DNA of 64,000 nucleotides from Veleropilina oligotropha (Eukaryota): NCBI GenBank assembly GCA_048128005.1, contig JBEUKZ010000019.1, positions 310,001 to 374,000 of the forward strand, read 5' to 3'. Shown piece by piece: positions 10,334 to 21,315 of this stretch (position 1 is its first letter; each line of letters starts with the position of its first letter). The notes under the pieces were generated by a model. It saw only the letters and a program-made list of their open reading frames with translations, ran no database searches and was not told where the DNA came from. The position numbers and the translations under genes were made by a program.

Positions 10334-10432
10334 CCTAGTTAAGTCGAATTCTCGGATGTCGATCTCCATTTGTATTTCCTCGAGGTGAAGCAATGCAGAA
10401 AACTTCTGAATATAGTTGTTAAAACACAGATC
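10334..10432 (-). CDS. MOV10L1: Host MOV10L1-like helicase exon
   Basis: AG/GT bounded, 99 nt: DLCFNNYIQKFSALLHLEEIQMEIDIREFDLTR (MOV10-family NYxxKFxxLLxLEE motif). Confidence 0.9.
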
Positions 10433-10464
10433 CTGTTGGAGAAAGATATAGTAAAACTATGACA

Positions 10465-11062
10465 AACTAGAGCTATCACAGGAGTGATCACATGCCCCCA
10501 CGAAAGCATTTGATCCAGGAACAGGCTGTTGCATACACACATGAAGTTTCCTGTCCTTCGGTCAAATATTATGGGAGATATGGAGCGGAAGGGAATTTTA
10601 GACTGAATGCGGTCACGTGTAAAAAGTAGGTCGCAGTGACCTACTTTCGGTGCGTGACATACCTTTCAGTTATGATGCAGCAGCATTATTATATGAAGTT
10701 TCATGTCCCTCGGTCAAATAGTATGGGAGATAGGGAGCGAAAGGGAATTTTGGACTAAATGTGGTCAAGCGTGGAAAGTAGGTCGCAGTGACATAGTTTT
10801 GGTACACGACACACCTTTGGATTATGACACATAAACACATCAAGTTTCATGTACCTCGGTCAAAAATAGTATGGAAGATATGGAACAGAAGGGAATTTTG
10901 GACCAAATGCGGTCAAGTCCTAAAAGTAGGTCGCAATGACCTACGTTCAGTACGCAACACACCTTTGGGTTACGACACATGCACACATCAAGTTTTGTGT
11001 CCCTCGGTCAAATAGTATGGGAGCGCATGCACACATCAAACTTCGTTTGTGGGGGCATAACA
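10465..11062. repeat. Non-autonomous element with internal ~150-bp tandem array (~3.3 units)
   Basis: Units start near 10540, 10693, 10838 and 10986 (aagtttcatgtccctcggtcaaatagtatgggag...aaagtaggtcgcagtgac). Subterminal inverted motif atgcccccac / gtgggggcat. Confidence 0.7.
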
Positions 11063-11650
11063 ATCTGATATGCACACAAATGTTTAAAAACGTCAATCAG
11101 TATACAGATGTAATAAGGTCATTTAACTTTCGCAAATATATGTTCCCTATTACAAAATGTTCATATTGAAATGGTGTTTAATGATAATACCAGAAAAGTC
11201 AATAGAACTTACAACTGATAACATTGGACAAAAAATTCACTTAAAAATTATTACAAAATAGTATATATTCATTGCTGATAACACGTGAAGATAAATTCCA
11301 AATGTAGCTGACTAGACATCGGTCAGATGATCAGTATATATAACATTCAGTGTTGCCAGTCTTCCGGGAATTCACGGATTTCCGGATATTTGAAGCTGCC
11401 GCAAAATTTACGGATATTTAAAATAATGACCCGAAATTTCCTCCGGAGATATACGTTAATAACAAAATATATCCGAACTTGTTTTCACTCGTATTTATTT
11501 ATGTACTCGCCTAAATTGGGCCACCAGCATCGTTGCTAGGAAACGCTGTGACTTTGTCTAGACAGCAAAGCGAGACCATTGCGGACAGCTGTCTAATGAA
11601 AGCATGACATTGTGTTCCGTTGTTTTTCTGTCGCGTTGAAATTTCGTCAA

Positions 11651-13551
11651 ATGAGTGCCCCAAAGATACTTAGAAGAGAGGCGGCAGATATTCGAAGTAT
11701 AGATGCTGGCGTCAAAAACAAATTCAAATGGTCCTGGTTGGAAGAAAAAGATGGCAATGCCGACTTTTTGTCCATGTATATATACGAAAACTTGATGCAG
11801 CGGGACAGGCATTTTGTTCAATATGTCGGGAAACCATTAAATACGGAAGCGGTGGCAAGAAAGACGTTATTGCACACGCAAAGAAAATACAACATAAGAG
11901 AATAAGGAGTGACATAAAAAGTAATGAAGAGATACCGGCGTGTTACCAACGGAAACCGCTAACGAAAATACGGCTGGATCAAGCGCAGCAATCTGTAGAG
12001 GTGCCATACGGAGCTGCTCCGAATATTAGTAAAGTCGCAAGCCAAGACTTATCACGTTGCCTTCACCCACCTAACGTGCCTGTGATGGACAGAGTTGCCC
12101 ATCTTCAGGCAATGACCGTGTCGTTCATGGCTGAAAATTCTCTGCCTTTATCTTTAGCCGATAATCTCATTGCCTTCGCTAAAGAATTTGGCCGCGATAA
12201 TAAAGCGTCGTCAGGTATCACACTAGGCAGGACAAGCGCAACATACAAACTTAAAGAAGGCCTGAGCAAGTACATACACAAAAATGTCGTGTCAAACATG
12301 TGCTCATCATATTTTTCCATTAACACAGACGAATGTACGGCATCAAATTATGAAAAAATCCTCCGCATACTTGTGTCATATTACAGTGAAGAACTTCACA
12401 GATGCGTTGTATATAATTACGCGTCTACGACTATGAAAACTGTAAATGCAGAAACCGTTACAGATTTTGTACTGAAAACCCTACAAGATGATAAAATACC
12501 ACTCGACAACATCATCTCTAGTCTGTCCGATTCAACGAACTACATGCGTGGCAAAATTTCCGGTTTTGAAACTAGGCTTAGAGAAAAAGCTCCGAAATTA
12601 TTGGATATCGATGGTGATGTTTGCCACCATGTTCACAATTCGGTAAAGAAGTATTGTTCTCACTTCGACAAAGGAACAGAGAGTCTTGCAGACGATCTCC
12701 ACACAGATTTCAAATACAGTCCCGATTTGCGACAGTATATGAGCGAACTTTGTCAAATACTCAATATTCCGTACGTCGTTCCAAGTCAACGTATACCACA
12801 CAGGTGGCTGTCTGCTTTCGATGTAACGATCAACAACTTGGAACTCATTCCGGTTTTGACTTTGTTCTACTATGCATGGGTTTCTCACAACGACAAAGAT
12901 ATATACAAGGAGATAATTGTCGACATTTTGCGCGCAACTCCAGCGAATGCTCGCAAGAGAGTATACAAAATTATTCGGCTTTTGAAAGCAAAGAATCTGA
13001 CCACTGATGGACTGAACAGGAAGCACAGAATTGTTAAAGCACTTTTCTTAAGTCGACGGGCAACTTTAATCCATATGTATTTGTACTCTCGCGTCCTTCC
13101 GCTATTCAAATCGTTTGTCCTTGTCTTTGAATCAAATGAACCAAAGATCCATACTCTGCACGATGAACAGTGTGATCTAATGAGACACTTCTTGTGCTGT
13201 TTTGTGAAACACTAAGAAGTTCATGATCGTTCTCCAAAGGAATTGTTAGCATTGGACTGTACAGAGCATTTTCTTCCAATGGAAAACATGTATGTAGGAG
13301 AGGAGGCCACTACATTGCTTTTGCAGTGCGATGCTCATGACTGCAACAAGATATTGTTCAATATCCAGGCGGCATACTCTGATGCTGGAGCGTACCTACA
13401 AAAGAAACTGCCAATAAATAATTGGCTGCTACGCTACTTATCAGCACTCATGCTCTCGGACATTCTGAGAGTTTTGACGCCCTCTAGAAACTGGCAGCAT
13501 ACTTTCCAACTGTAATTTGCCCTGATGCTTTGGATGGAATAGATGCGTATA
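11651..13551 (+). pseudogene. hAT-like transposase, 5' part (disrupted)
   Basis: BED-like Zn finger (W..CSIC...H..H), catalytic-type DEC / SDSTNYM / CHHVHN / RWLS motifs. Frameshift in the TA run near 11776, stop at 13213, further frameshifts near 13450. Confidence 0.85.
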
Positions 13552-13743
13552 AGCAGCAGGGGGGGTGATTGGACTTTTTAGAATGGGAAAATACAGCGCC
13601 CAGCACCATTTCAGAACTGAGCTGGTATTACTGAGGAGGGCTATGGAGTATAGACTAGGGGCGGGGCGGCCACTGTGGGGGCTCCCAGCTATATTTTGGG
13701 ACTGAGGGTAGGGCTTGTATTACAAAAACTTACCGTGTGTACA
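13552..13743 (+). repeat. Left TIR of the Polinton-like element
   Basis: Reverse complement of 46106-46296. The first ~80 bp are identical and the rest has scattered mismatches. Confidence 0.93.
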
Positions 13744-14484
13744 GACAGTCCACTACCCCGGCCGGGCCCTGGTGTATGTTTGTATCCGTGTCGAGAACTG
13801 TCTAGACTGTCGGCGGACAGGCTCTGTGATATTCGGGCTTGATATCTTGGTGTCTATTCTAGAATCATCGAGTCTATTCTAGAATGATCTAGAAGGCTGT
13901 ATTGCCACGTGACGAATGACTCGACCAAAATACGGTAACTACATAAACAAGGTTACCAGAAAATTTTAACTGTGCTAAACGGGAGTATGGTTACAAGAAA
14001 AAGAAATCTGGGTCAATCTTTCTTGACTGGCCCAGAAATTTTTTATATCTATGCCAGTAGGTTGTTTTTCTTTTTCGCCAACAGCTAAATACCTATACGA
14101 CAGCTTGCGACTTCTTTGCTAATGCGTTAGACAAAATCTAGGTCAGCCAGCCTGATAGCAGGGAGAGAACAATGGAACCGTAGGCGCGACCAAATATTTG
14201 TAAAGACATGGCTTGATAGGCCAAGCGTTTATATTTACCCACTGAGAAATCCACTAGGCGTCTATTGTTTCATGATTTTAAGTAATTGAGGCTGTACTGG
14301 ATAGTCAACAATGGACAGCCGGCAGGCTGTATTAATACTACACGTGACCAGGTTCGACTAGTAACTTATTGATGCGAGGTATTTCATTCATAAATCGGAC
14401 AAAGGTCGCTCTCTTCGACCTGGAAAATGTTTATATAACCAGCTGTGACATATTGTAAGGCAAGAGATTTCCTAATCAGCTGGT

Positions 14485-14901
14485 TTATATGAATATATAG
14501 TTGCCCGATATTAAAGTACAATTACAGGGTGAGGTGTGTCTGACTTTTCTCCACATACCGAAGCAGCCCGTAGATAACATGGAGAAATAATGCCCACGTT
14601 TACCGTGACATAAGGACGGCTCAGCGCACTCAATACACACAACGATATTAGGATCTGGGCCACAATCGTTCTCTCCATCGGTAATGAAATAGTGACATGA
14701 CGGTGCCCGCACTGGAGGTGGGTCTCGTAGCAAGTTTCTTCGCAAGTGATCGAATCGGGGGTTATACAGGGGGTCGTTGCGGTACCTAGCCCACGTGTGT
14801 TCGAGAATTAATGCAGTGTCACGCGACGACGCCTGGGTGGTACCCCACGCGGCAAAGCACACCGCGGCAATACACAGTAGCATAGATTTCATGGATTTCA
14901 T
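14485..14901 (-). CDS. Putative secreted Cys-rich small protein (viral cargo)
   Basis: Signal-peptide-like N-terminus (MLLCIAAVCFAAWGTTQA) and 8 Cys in the C-terminal ~70 aa. Confidence 0.6.
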   Translation of the reverse strand: MKSMKSMLLCIAAVCFAAWGTTQASSRDTALILEHTWARYRNDPLYNPRFDHLRRNLLRDPPPVRAPSCHYFITDGENDCGPDPNIVVCIECAEPSLCHGKRGHYFSMLSTGCFGMWRKVRHTSPCNCTLISGNYIFI

Positions 14902-14983
14902 GGTTGTCCAGATATCACTGTCGATTTCTAGCTTTAATACGGGGGAGGAGCGGGGTAGTCGTGGCTACGCTCAACCTGGATAG

Positions 14984-15618
14984 TTAGTCGCCAGCTCCGA
15001 TTTTTTTCAGCAGCTCTGCACGACCCTCTAAACGACCACGCTCAATAAGCTCGCTCTGGGTCTGTGAAATCGCGGTGTGCGCCTTCCTACTCTTATCCCG
15101 AATTGATGCCTTCATGGCTTGGTATTTCAACATCTCCCCTGTGACCAGTTGGAATTCATCATCAGACATCACCCCGTCCGATAATGCCTTTGAGACGTGG
15201 TCGGTTATGGTATTCAGCTTGCTGTCGGCCAGGACTCGAATCTCGTCGTGTTTCTTAGCCTTCACCCCGAGGCGCCGGCTGATATACTTTCCACCCATAC
15301 TAGCGAGCCCACACCCTAATGCCGCTAGTTCCAGCACTAGGACGACCGGGGCGGCTACAATTGTGGACAGTAGACCAATTCCAGCGCTACCCATACCAAG
15401 TGTGGCGACGACTAGTCCGTTATCTATACCGTCAACGACGTTAACACCTCGTCGGTACTTTTTATATAGTGCAGCCCGGGCATCCCGTTCTCGCTCTAGC
15501 TGTCCCTGAAGCTCATTCACTTTCTGTAGTCGGAAAGACTGTGCCTCATGCAGTTCCGAAGGCACATCGCCACCAAGCTGTGGGTACAGCGTTGGCGCTG
15601 AGGGTTTGTTGTCCATCA
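14984..15618 (-). CDS. Coiled-coil, two-hydrophobic-helix protein of a type common in Polinton/adintovirus-like elements
   Basis: FRLQKVNELQ..., hydrophobic hairpin, KKHDEIRVLADSKLNTI..SKALSDG..SDDEF. Probable start MMDNKPSAP; the ORF is open to 15691. Confidence 0.7.
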
Positions 15619-15978
15619 TACGTGGCTGTATTGTTCCGCCTGTTTGTTTAAAATGTCTACTGTAACGTTCAAATACAGAGTGCCGACCCACGGGGCCTTG
15701 ACGACAAAGGCGAGGGTTAACTTATCCGAATCCAGGCTGAGTTTACTTATGGAACATGCCTTGGGGCCCCCGGCCGGCTGGACCGGCGTCAGGTGGATCA
15801 TTAGAAGGGCTGGGTTCAACCCGAACCGACCTCTAGTGTTTGGAAACATGAACTCCCTTCTCGCCAGCCCCTTATTGGGCGCTACCCCACAATTAAGGAC
15901 AAAGTGCCACCGGGTCGGGGGGGAAGAGGGCTCATCTGCAAGCAGGGGTAGGGGGAGGGTCCCGTAGATGCTGCTCAT
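15616..15978 (-). CDS. Hypothetical viral protein (120 aa)
   Basis: Start overlaps the penton stop (ATGA) and stop overlaps the next start, which suggests coupled genes. Confidence 0.5.
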   Translation of the reverse strand: MSSIYGTLPLPLLADEPSSPPTRWHFVLNCGVAPNKGLARREFMFPNTRGRFGLNPALLMIHLTPVQPAGGPKACSISKLSLDSDKLTLAFVVKAPWVGTLYLNVTVDILNKQAEQYSHV

Positions 15979-16715
15979 TGTATCGCAAGGACTGCGGAAA
16001 TAGGCATGCCGTGATTCTCGATCGGGTTACCATCTGCGTCTGTGACATAAACCTTCAACTCTGTGATTAGCCCGGCCTGTAGTCGCCGGCCGGCGGGATA
16101 GCTATGATAGTGGCCAGCTTCACCGAACATCTGCGACGTGATAGGGACCACCGCGAGAATAGTGCTCGGGGCGCCGTCCTTCACATTGTGCGTTGTACTA
16201 AGCTGCTCCAGGTGGACGTGCAGGGTTGGCGCTATGGCAAACCCGACAGGCTTATTCCCGTCATAAGTCCCAGGGCGTAGCCACTCGGATCTCTCCGGAG
16301 GGGGAGGTGGTTGGCCCTGTACTCCCCGAACCGGTTGGTTCAGATTCCCTGCTTTATCGAGAATAAACGAAGAGAGGTCTAAGCCGAGGAGTTTTCGTAT
16401 ATCGTCGCTTATCGCGAGTCGAGTCCCCTCTGGGACCACGATTCGGGCGAGCCCTGTAGCATGGCTTACATCTAGTTGTAGGTTAACTAGCGACCTCTTC
16501 ATCGTCTTGGCGAGGTCATCGAAGCTGTAGAAACCTGGTGCCACGTCGACCGTGGTATCCGGTGTCTTAAAGAAGGCTCCGGCATGCACGTTGTGCCAGC
16601 CTACCCAATAGTCGAGCGACTGCAAGCTGACACATAGCTTGCCGTCCCGGTTATCAATCGGCTCCAGGAGGGCAACCGCGGTCCCCTCTTGAACGTTTGT
16701 TAATGTGTGAAACAT
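15975..16715 (-). CDS. Putative minor capsid (penton, single jelly-roll) protein
   Basis: 246 aa, beta-rich. PGFYS, G.PSTILAVVPI and a C-terminal ITELKVYVTDADGNPIENHGMPISAVL pattern typical of Polinton pentons. Confidence 0.7.
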   Translation of the reverse strand: MFHTLTNVQEGTAVALLEPIDNRDGKLCVSLQSLDYWVGWHNVHAGAFFKTPDTTVDVAPGFYSFDDLAKTMKRSLVNLQLDVSHATGLARIVVPEGTRLAISDDIRKLLGLDLSSFILDKAGNLNQPVRGVQGQPPPPPERSEWLRPGTYDGNKPVGFAIAPTLHVHLEQLSTTHNVKDGAPSTILAVVPITSQMFGEAGHYHSYPAGRRLQAGLITELKVYVTDADGNPIENHGMPISAVLAIQ

Positions 16716-16722
16716 AGTAGCT

Positions 16723-18006
16723 ATGGCTAAGAGCGCCTTTGCGTTTAATAGGAGTGCGGCCTATCCGACCGGTGTGGTGTACCCAGCAAAGATCAAAGAT
16801 GAGCAGCTTACGAGACCAAGCATCAATGTGGGTAATAGCTCAACCACTACATTCGGGGCAACATACCCTGACGTCTTTCAGAAATACCGCCTCCCTCATG
16901 TCGCTAGTGACGGGCTGATAAGGGATTGGAACAGCACGCCGATGAGGTTCTGGCAGAACAAGGTCAATTTCGCAGTTTGGTGTGCCACAACAGGTTCCGG
17001 AATCTCCTCAGAAGACCACTTAAATGCGACCGACCCCCTCTCCACTGCTGTATTCACCTTCCACGTCTACTATCAGGTCAGACGAATCTTATCCGAAATT
17101 CAGGCGCCGCTGCCACAGGACCGGACGTGGGATGCATTCGACAACCCGTATGACCGCAGGGCATATGAGAAGATCTGCAGCGAATTTGGGGTGTCTCCCC
17201 ATACCGACTGGCGTGTCAAGGGTCCCAACGGCGGACTAGGCACCGCTTACAGCTACTGGACGAACAACGGCTACCACCCCATCGGACGTGACTATGATCC
17301 AAGCCGAATGTCCTTCACTAAAGGTACGACCAACACGAATCTGCACGTGGACTACATCGCGCAAGCGCCTGCACTTAAAAACGGTTGGGCTACTTTTATT
17401 CTGGACAGGTCGGTGGGATTCACGAGGGCCGGCGTGGAAAGGCTCAATGATTCCATCAGGACCTACGTCTGGGCTATTCTTGGAGCGCAGGCTCAAACGC
17501 GTGCAAGTATTCTGGGTAGTGGGACGGCGTTTGACGCACAGAAACAGTTCCTGGCGAACGTGGAAGACGCCATCGCATCCCCCGTTGACCTCCCAGCAGC
17601 CATCAAACGGTACCAAGAGGTGCTCCAGTATGCGAGGTCCAAAGTGGACTTCGTATTCGGCGTTGGCCTGTACATGGCGCCAAGTAACATGCTTCTACGG
17701 ATCGGGCAGGTGGCTGGTTATAACAATGAGATCGTCGTCGCCACGGAAGACCAGACACTCGGTCTTAATACTACGGTGAACGCGGCCAATCCTGTGCCGC
17801 CCAACGCCACTGGGGATACTGGAGAAACAGGACTGGTTATTCCACAAGACGCAGATGCAAGCATACCGGTAGTTACTCCGAAGCATCCAAGCTCTCTGCC
17901 AGCTGTGGCAGCTGTTTCAGCTGGGGCAACCAAACATGACGAGGAGAAAACCGCACTTATCGTGGGCGGCATTGTCGTTGGCCTAGCGTTCATTTGGCTT
18001 ACGTGA
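16723..18006 (+). CDS. Hypothetical 427-aa viral protein with C-terminal TM anchor
   Basis: Long intact ORF with a globular core, P/T/A-rich stalk and terminal hydrophobic helix (ALIVGGIVVGLAFIWL). Confidence 0.75.
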   Translation: MAKSAFAFNRSAAYPTGVVYPAKIKDEQLTRPSINVGNSSTTTFGATYPDVFQKYRLPHVASDGLIRDWNSTPMRFWQNKVNFAVWCATTGSGISSEDHLNATDPLSTAVFTFHVYYQVRRILSEIQAPLPQDRTWDAFDNPYDRRAYEKICSEFGVSPHTDWRVKGPNGGLGTAYSYWTNNGYHPIGRDYDPSRMSFTKGTTNTNLHVDYIAQAPALKNGWATFILDRSVGFTRAGVERLNDSIRTYVWAILGAQAQTRASILGSGTAFDAQKQFLANVEDAIASPVDLPAAIKRYQEVLQYARSKVDFVFGVGLYMAPSNMLLRIGQVAGYNNEIVVATEDQTLGLNTTVNAANPVPPNATGDTGETGLVIPQDADASIPVVTPKHPSSLPAVAAVSAGATKHDEEKTALIVGGIVVGLAFIWLT

Positions 18007-19312
18007 CCCACTGTCTAGCGGCAATAAGAAGCAAGCCCCCAACTGATATGACCAGTGCCCATAGGTTTTCAGCGAGCCACGATGCTGTCTTGCCAATCAG
18101 GTTGATTAGCCAGGAGACCAGGCTTCCAAGTATTCCTGGGAGCGCGGCTGCGGCCTTCCCTGCTAGTTTGCCTAGAATCCTTCCCAGGTTCTGCAGCTGC
18201 TTTTTGACCCACTCCTTGACCCCGCCCTGACCACTGGGAGGTGGTGGTGTTGGTGGTATGCTCGGCGCTCCGCCTGTCAGGGCTAGTACCAACGTCGAGA
18301 TGGCCAAACCAATAGCAGTCAGTATTGTTGCGATCGTGACCCCTTGCTCGCGGAACAGGGTCCGGATACGCTCGGCCAGCGTTGTGTCGGTGTTCAGGAT
18401 CCGACTTATCATCTCTCGGATCCGGCTGATTTGAGAGCGAAGGGCCTCCCGGCTTGATGATGCTGCTTCTAGGCGAGCTGCTCTTTCATCATTCAGGTCG
18501 CGCAGACGTTCCGCGATCCGTCGACGGATGAACTCATCCACACCGCCCTCTTCATCTGCCTGATCGAGCTTCATCTTCTCCAGCTCTATGTGTTCGTCCA
18601 GCGCCGTTAGTTTGGCTAGATTGTTGGTTAGTTCGCCTCGGATGGTCTGCATCGCCTTGTCAAGTCCGCGAAGCTCGCGAAGATTTAATGGAGGGTCCCC
18701 CATTGTGCCTAAGATCTCTTCAACCTCGGCATCAGTGAATTTCGTCTCCATCGTGTGGATTGCTACCGAGGCATCAGTAGCAGTCTGCCCCAAGTCCCGC
18801 AGTTCTATGTTTTCGACATTAGCGGCCGCACCGCTCAACTCGTTGTCGGCTGTCTGAAGAGCTGCAACCGCTTTTGAGGACGGCTTTTGTCCCCCCCGCG
18901 TCCAGTGTACAAAACCCAACCCTTCACGGATTGCATCACCCCCACCAGGCCGGCCAGCTATTGTTGACAACGCCAAGGGGTTGCCGGTGCGAGAATTTAT
19001 GAGATTGATGTCGGGGTAGTCCGTCATCACCAATTTTCCCCCCCGCCCTAATTTTCCCCTCACATACTTGAATTTTGAATAATCTCGCCCTGCGGCTGGG
19101 GTCTGCCCCTCCTGTGCCAGGGCTTTGTAGTAGTCGTCAACCACGCCCTGAACGAGCTCTTGCTGAAGACTGCTGGTTCCTTCCTGTGGCCGTTCCGAAA
19201 GAACAGGCATAAACCGGTCGGTGGATAGATCCACATCAGTATCGTCGATGATGGTATCATCGTTGTCGATGAGATCGTCCGGCTCGAATGCGGGGTTATC
19301 GAATTCCGCCAT
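17999..19312 (-). CDS. Hypothetical 437-aa coiled-coil protein with C-terminal hydrophobic/amphipathic helices
   Basis: Acidic N-terminus, long heptad region, TM-like TILTAIGLAISTLVLAL, poly-Pro, amphipathic helices and a terminal TM. Confidence 0.75.
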   Translation of the reverse strand: MAEFDNPAFEPDDLIDNDDTIIDDTDVDLSTDRFMPVLSERPQEGTSSLQQELVQGVVDDYYKALAQEGQTPAAGRDYSKFKYVRGKLGRGGKLVMTDYPDINLINSRTGNPLALSTIAGRPGGGDAIREGLGFVHWTRGGQKPSSKAVAALQTADNELSGAAANVENIELRDLGQTATDASVAIHTMETKFTDAEVEEILGTMGDPPLNLRELRGLDKAMQTIRGELTNNLAKLTALDEHIELEKMKLDQADEEGGVDEFIRRRIAERLRDLNDERAARLEAASSSREALRSQISRIREMISRILNTDTTLAERIRTLFREQGVTIATILTAIGLAISTLVLALTGGAPSIPPTPPPPSGQGGVKEWVKKQLQNLGRILGKLAGKAAAALPGILGSLVSWLINLIGKTASWLAENLWALVISVGGLLLIAARQWVT

Positions 19313-19348
19313 TTGAATACATCAGTGGGATACGCATCTAATTCAGCC

Positions 19349-20650
19349 ATGACTAGCGTATACGGACGCAAGCTTAATCCATACCGCAGGCTGCGTGAGC
19401 CCCTCGCAGTCAAGGGCATCCGCCAGTCGGTCACGATTACAAACAATCCATCAACGATTGCCCCGAACCAGCAGCTCCTGGTTCGGTTCCCTAATCTCGG
19501 GGCGAATGACGTGATCGTTCCAGGGACTGCCCACCTTGCATTTACCATCTCACTGACCTCGGTAAATGCGAATAGGACTGTAGTGCAAAATATCGGCCGT
19601 GCCGTGATCAGAAAGACCACGATAAAGATAAGTGGAAACGAGATCATGTCGATTGACGACTCCGACGTGTACCACTGCTACCGCGATCTCTGGAAGACCA
19701 CCGGGGAGCGCAAGAACGCCCAGTACCAGGGGATTGATACCAGCGATGGACACAACACTACGAAGCATCGTGTTGGTGCGGCAGACGCCTTTAGACTGTC
19801 TGAGGATGTCGCGGTCGCGGCCGCTTACGGTAACCGATTCCGCATCCCGCTGGATTTCGAGCTGTTGGAAAGTCACATGCCATTCTATCAAAGCGCCCTT
19901 GGAGACCGTCTCGAGTATGAGCTAACGTTCAACGACTACTCCCGGACTATCCGGGAGACGGACGACTCCGGTTCCAGCTATTCCATCGACAATATATCCC
20001 TCGAATATGACATGGTAACCCAATCCGAGCTTGCCAGACGGATTCGAAATCAATACCAGGGTCAACTCGTAATCCTGTACGACCGTGTTCTCCGGCATCG
20101 GAAGCTCACCCTAGACAAGAGCGACTCGTTGTGGAATATGAATGTGAACGTACCGGCGAGGTCGATGAAAGGAATACTACTGTTGTTCGAGGACCCTGCG
20201 AGAGACGCCGCGCCATTCTCTCGCGATACTGAGGCCTTCTATAATCCGAAGATCACAAAGGTCGAGGTCACAATCGAGGGTGTCCCGAATCAAATCTACA
20301 GCCAGGGCATGCGAACATACCAGATCTGGGAAGAAGCCAAGAAAATGTTCGCCTCCGGCTGCAGCAAGCGGCATCCTGAGGTCGCGATGGTCGCAAAGGA
20401 CTTGGAGATGGCAGACGTCACCCTGGGCGAATTTCTGACTAAGAAATTTGCGCTCTGGATCGATATGCGGGTAACTGACGACGATCAGTTGCACGGGTCA
20501 GGCCGGAGGGTCGAGAACGCCAGCGAAGGCATTACTATTCAGATCACTAAAACAGCCGAAGCGGCCGGTCCACTGAACGTCTACGAGTTCGTGATCATGG
20601 ACGCACAGCTGAATATCGAGAATGGCCGATTCGTCGAAGCACTGTACTAA
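19349..20650 (+). CDS. Putative major capsid protein (double jelly-roll)
   Basis: ~433 aa, beta-strand-rich, directly upstream of and overlapping the packaging ATPase. Size and position fit a DJR-MCP, but the fold is inferred. Confidence 0.7.
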   Translation: MTSVYGRKLNPYRRLREPLAVKGIRQSVTITNNPSTIAPNQQLLVRFPNLGANDVIVPGTAHLAFTISLTSVNANRTVVQNIGRAVIRKTTIKISGNEIMSIDDSDVYHCYRDLWKTTGERKNAQYQGIDTSDGHNTTKHRVGAADAFRLSEDVAVAAAYGNRFRIPLDFELLESHMPFYQSALGDRLEYELTFNDYSRTIRETDDSGSSYSIDNISLEYDMVTQSELARRIRNQYQGQLVILYDRVLRHRKLTLDKSDSLWNMNVNVPARSMKGILLLFEDPARDAAPFSRDTEAFYNPKITKVEVTIEGVPNQIYSQGMRTYQIWEEAKKMFASGCSKRHPEVAMVAKDLEMADVTLGEFLTKKFALWIDMRVTDDDQLHGSGRRVENASEGITIQITKTAEAAGPLNVYEFVIMDAQLNIENGRFVEALY

Positions 20651-21254
20651 ACGATTTCCGCACACCAAGGACCCCCACTCCGCAATCATCTGCGGTCAGA
20701 CGGGCTGTGGGAAGACGGTTTTCATGCTTGAACTGCTGGAAGGGGAGTATCGAGGCGTCTTCCGGCATATCGTGGTCCTCTGCCCCACGATCAAGTACAA
20801 CAAAGCATACCAGTCTTGTCCGTGGATCTGGACCGACCCTGAGGTGTATTTAGTCCCCCCGGGTGAGCGACTCCATGACTGGCTGCGGGGGTTCTACCGA
20901 CTGTTTCAGGGGGAATCAACTCTGTACATAATCGACGACTGCGCCGCGAGCAAGGCTATGGCAAAGAGGAGGGACATGCTGACTTTGTTGGCCTTCAGCG
21001 GCAGGCATGCTTCCCAGAGCGTATGGGTAGTGACGCAAAAGTACAACTCGGTCTTGAAGGAGCTCAGAGAGCAGACCCGCTGGGTCGCGCTGTTCCATTG
21101 CAAGGACCGCGACAGTTTCGAGGACTGTCTGCGCGAGAACGATGTAATCCCGTCGCAGGATGAACGGACCACGGTTCGCAGGCTGTTGACCGAGACACGA
21201 CACGCTAAGCTTCTGTTGAAAACTGATCAGCCCGTTGCTTATAGTGTGCTGTAG
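20622..21254 (+). CDS. A32/FtsK-HerA family genome-packaging ATPase
   Basis: Walker A GQTGCGKT, Walker B LYIIDD, and the A32-type GRH...VWVVTQ motif. Confidence 0.92.
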   Translation: MADSSKHCTKRFPHTKDPHSAIICGQTGCGKTVFMLELLEGEYRGVFRHIVVLCPTIKYNKAYQSCPWIWTDPEVYLVPPGERLHDWLRGFYRLFQGESTLYIIDDCAASKAMAKRRDMLTLLAFSGRHASQSVWVVTQKYNSVLKELREQTRWVALFHCKDRDSFEDCLRENDVIPSQDERTTVRRLLTETRHAKLLLKTDQPVAYSVL

Positions 21255-21315
21255 CAAGCTGTAGTCTACTGAGCATCTACCCAGCATCTGCCTAGCATCT
21301 ACAGCACTACCTAGC

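Noticed and set aside
13547..13554. Alternative 6- or 8-bp TSD (GTATAA / GTATAAGC) for the viral element
   Set aside because: Possible because of microhomology, but only the 5-bp reading gives symmetric AGCAGCAGG termini.
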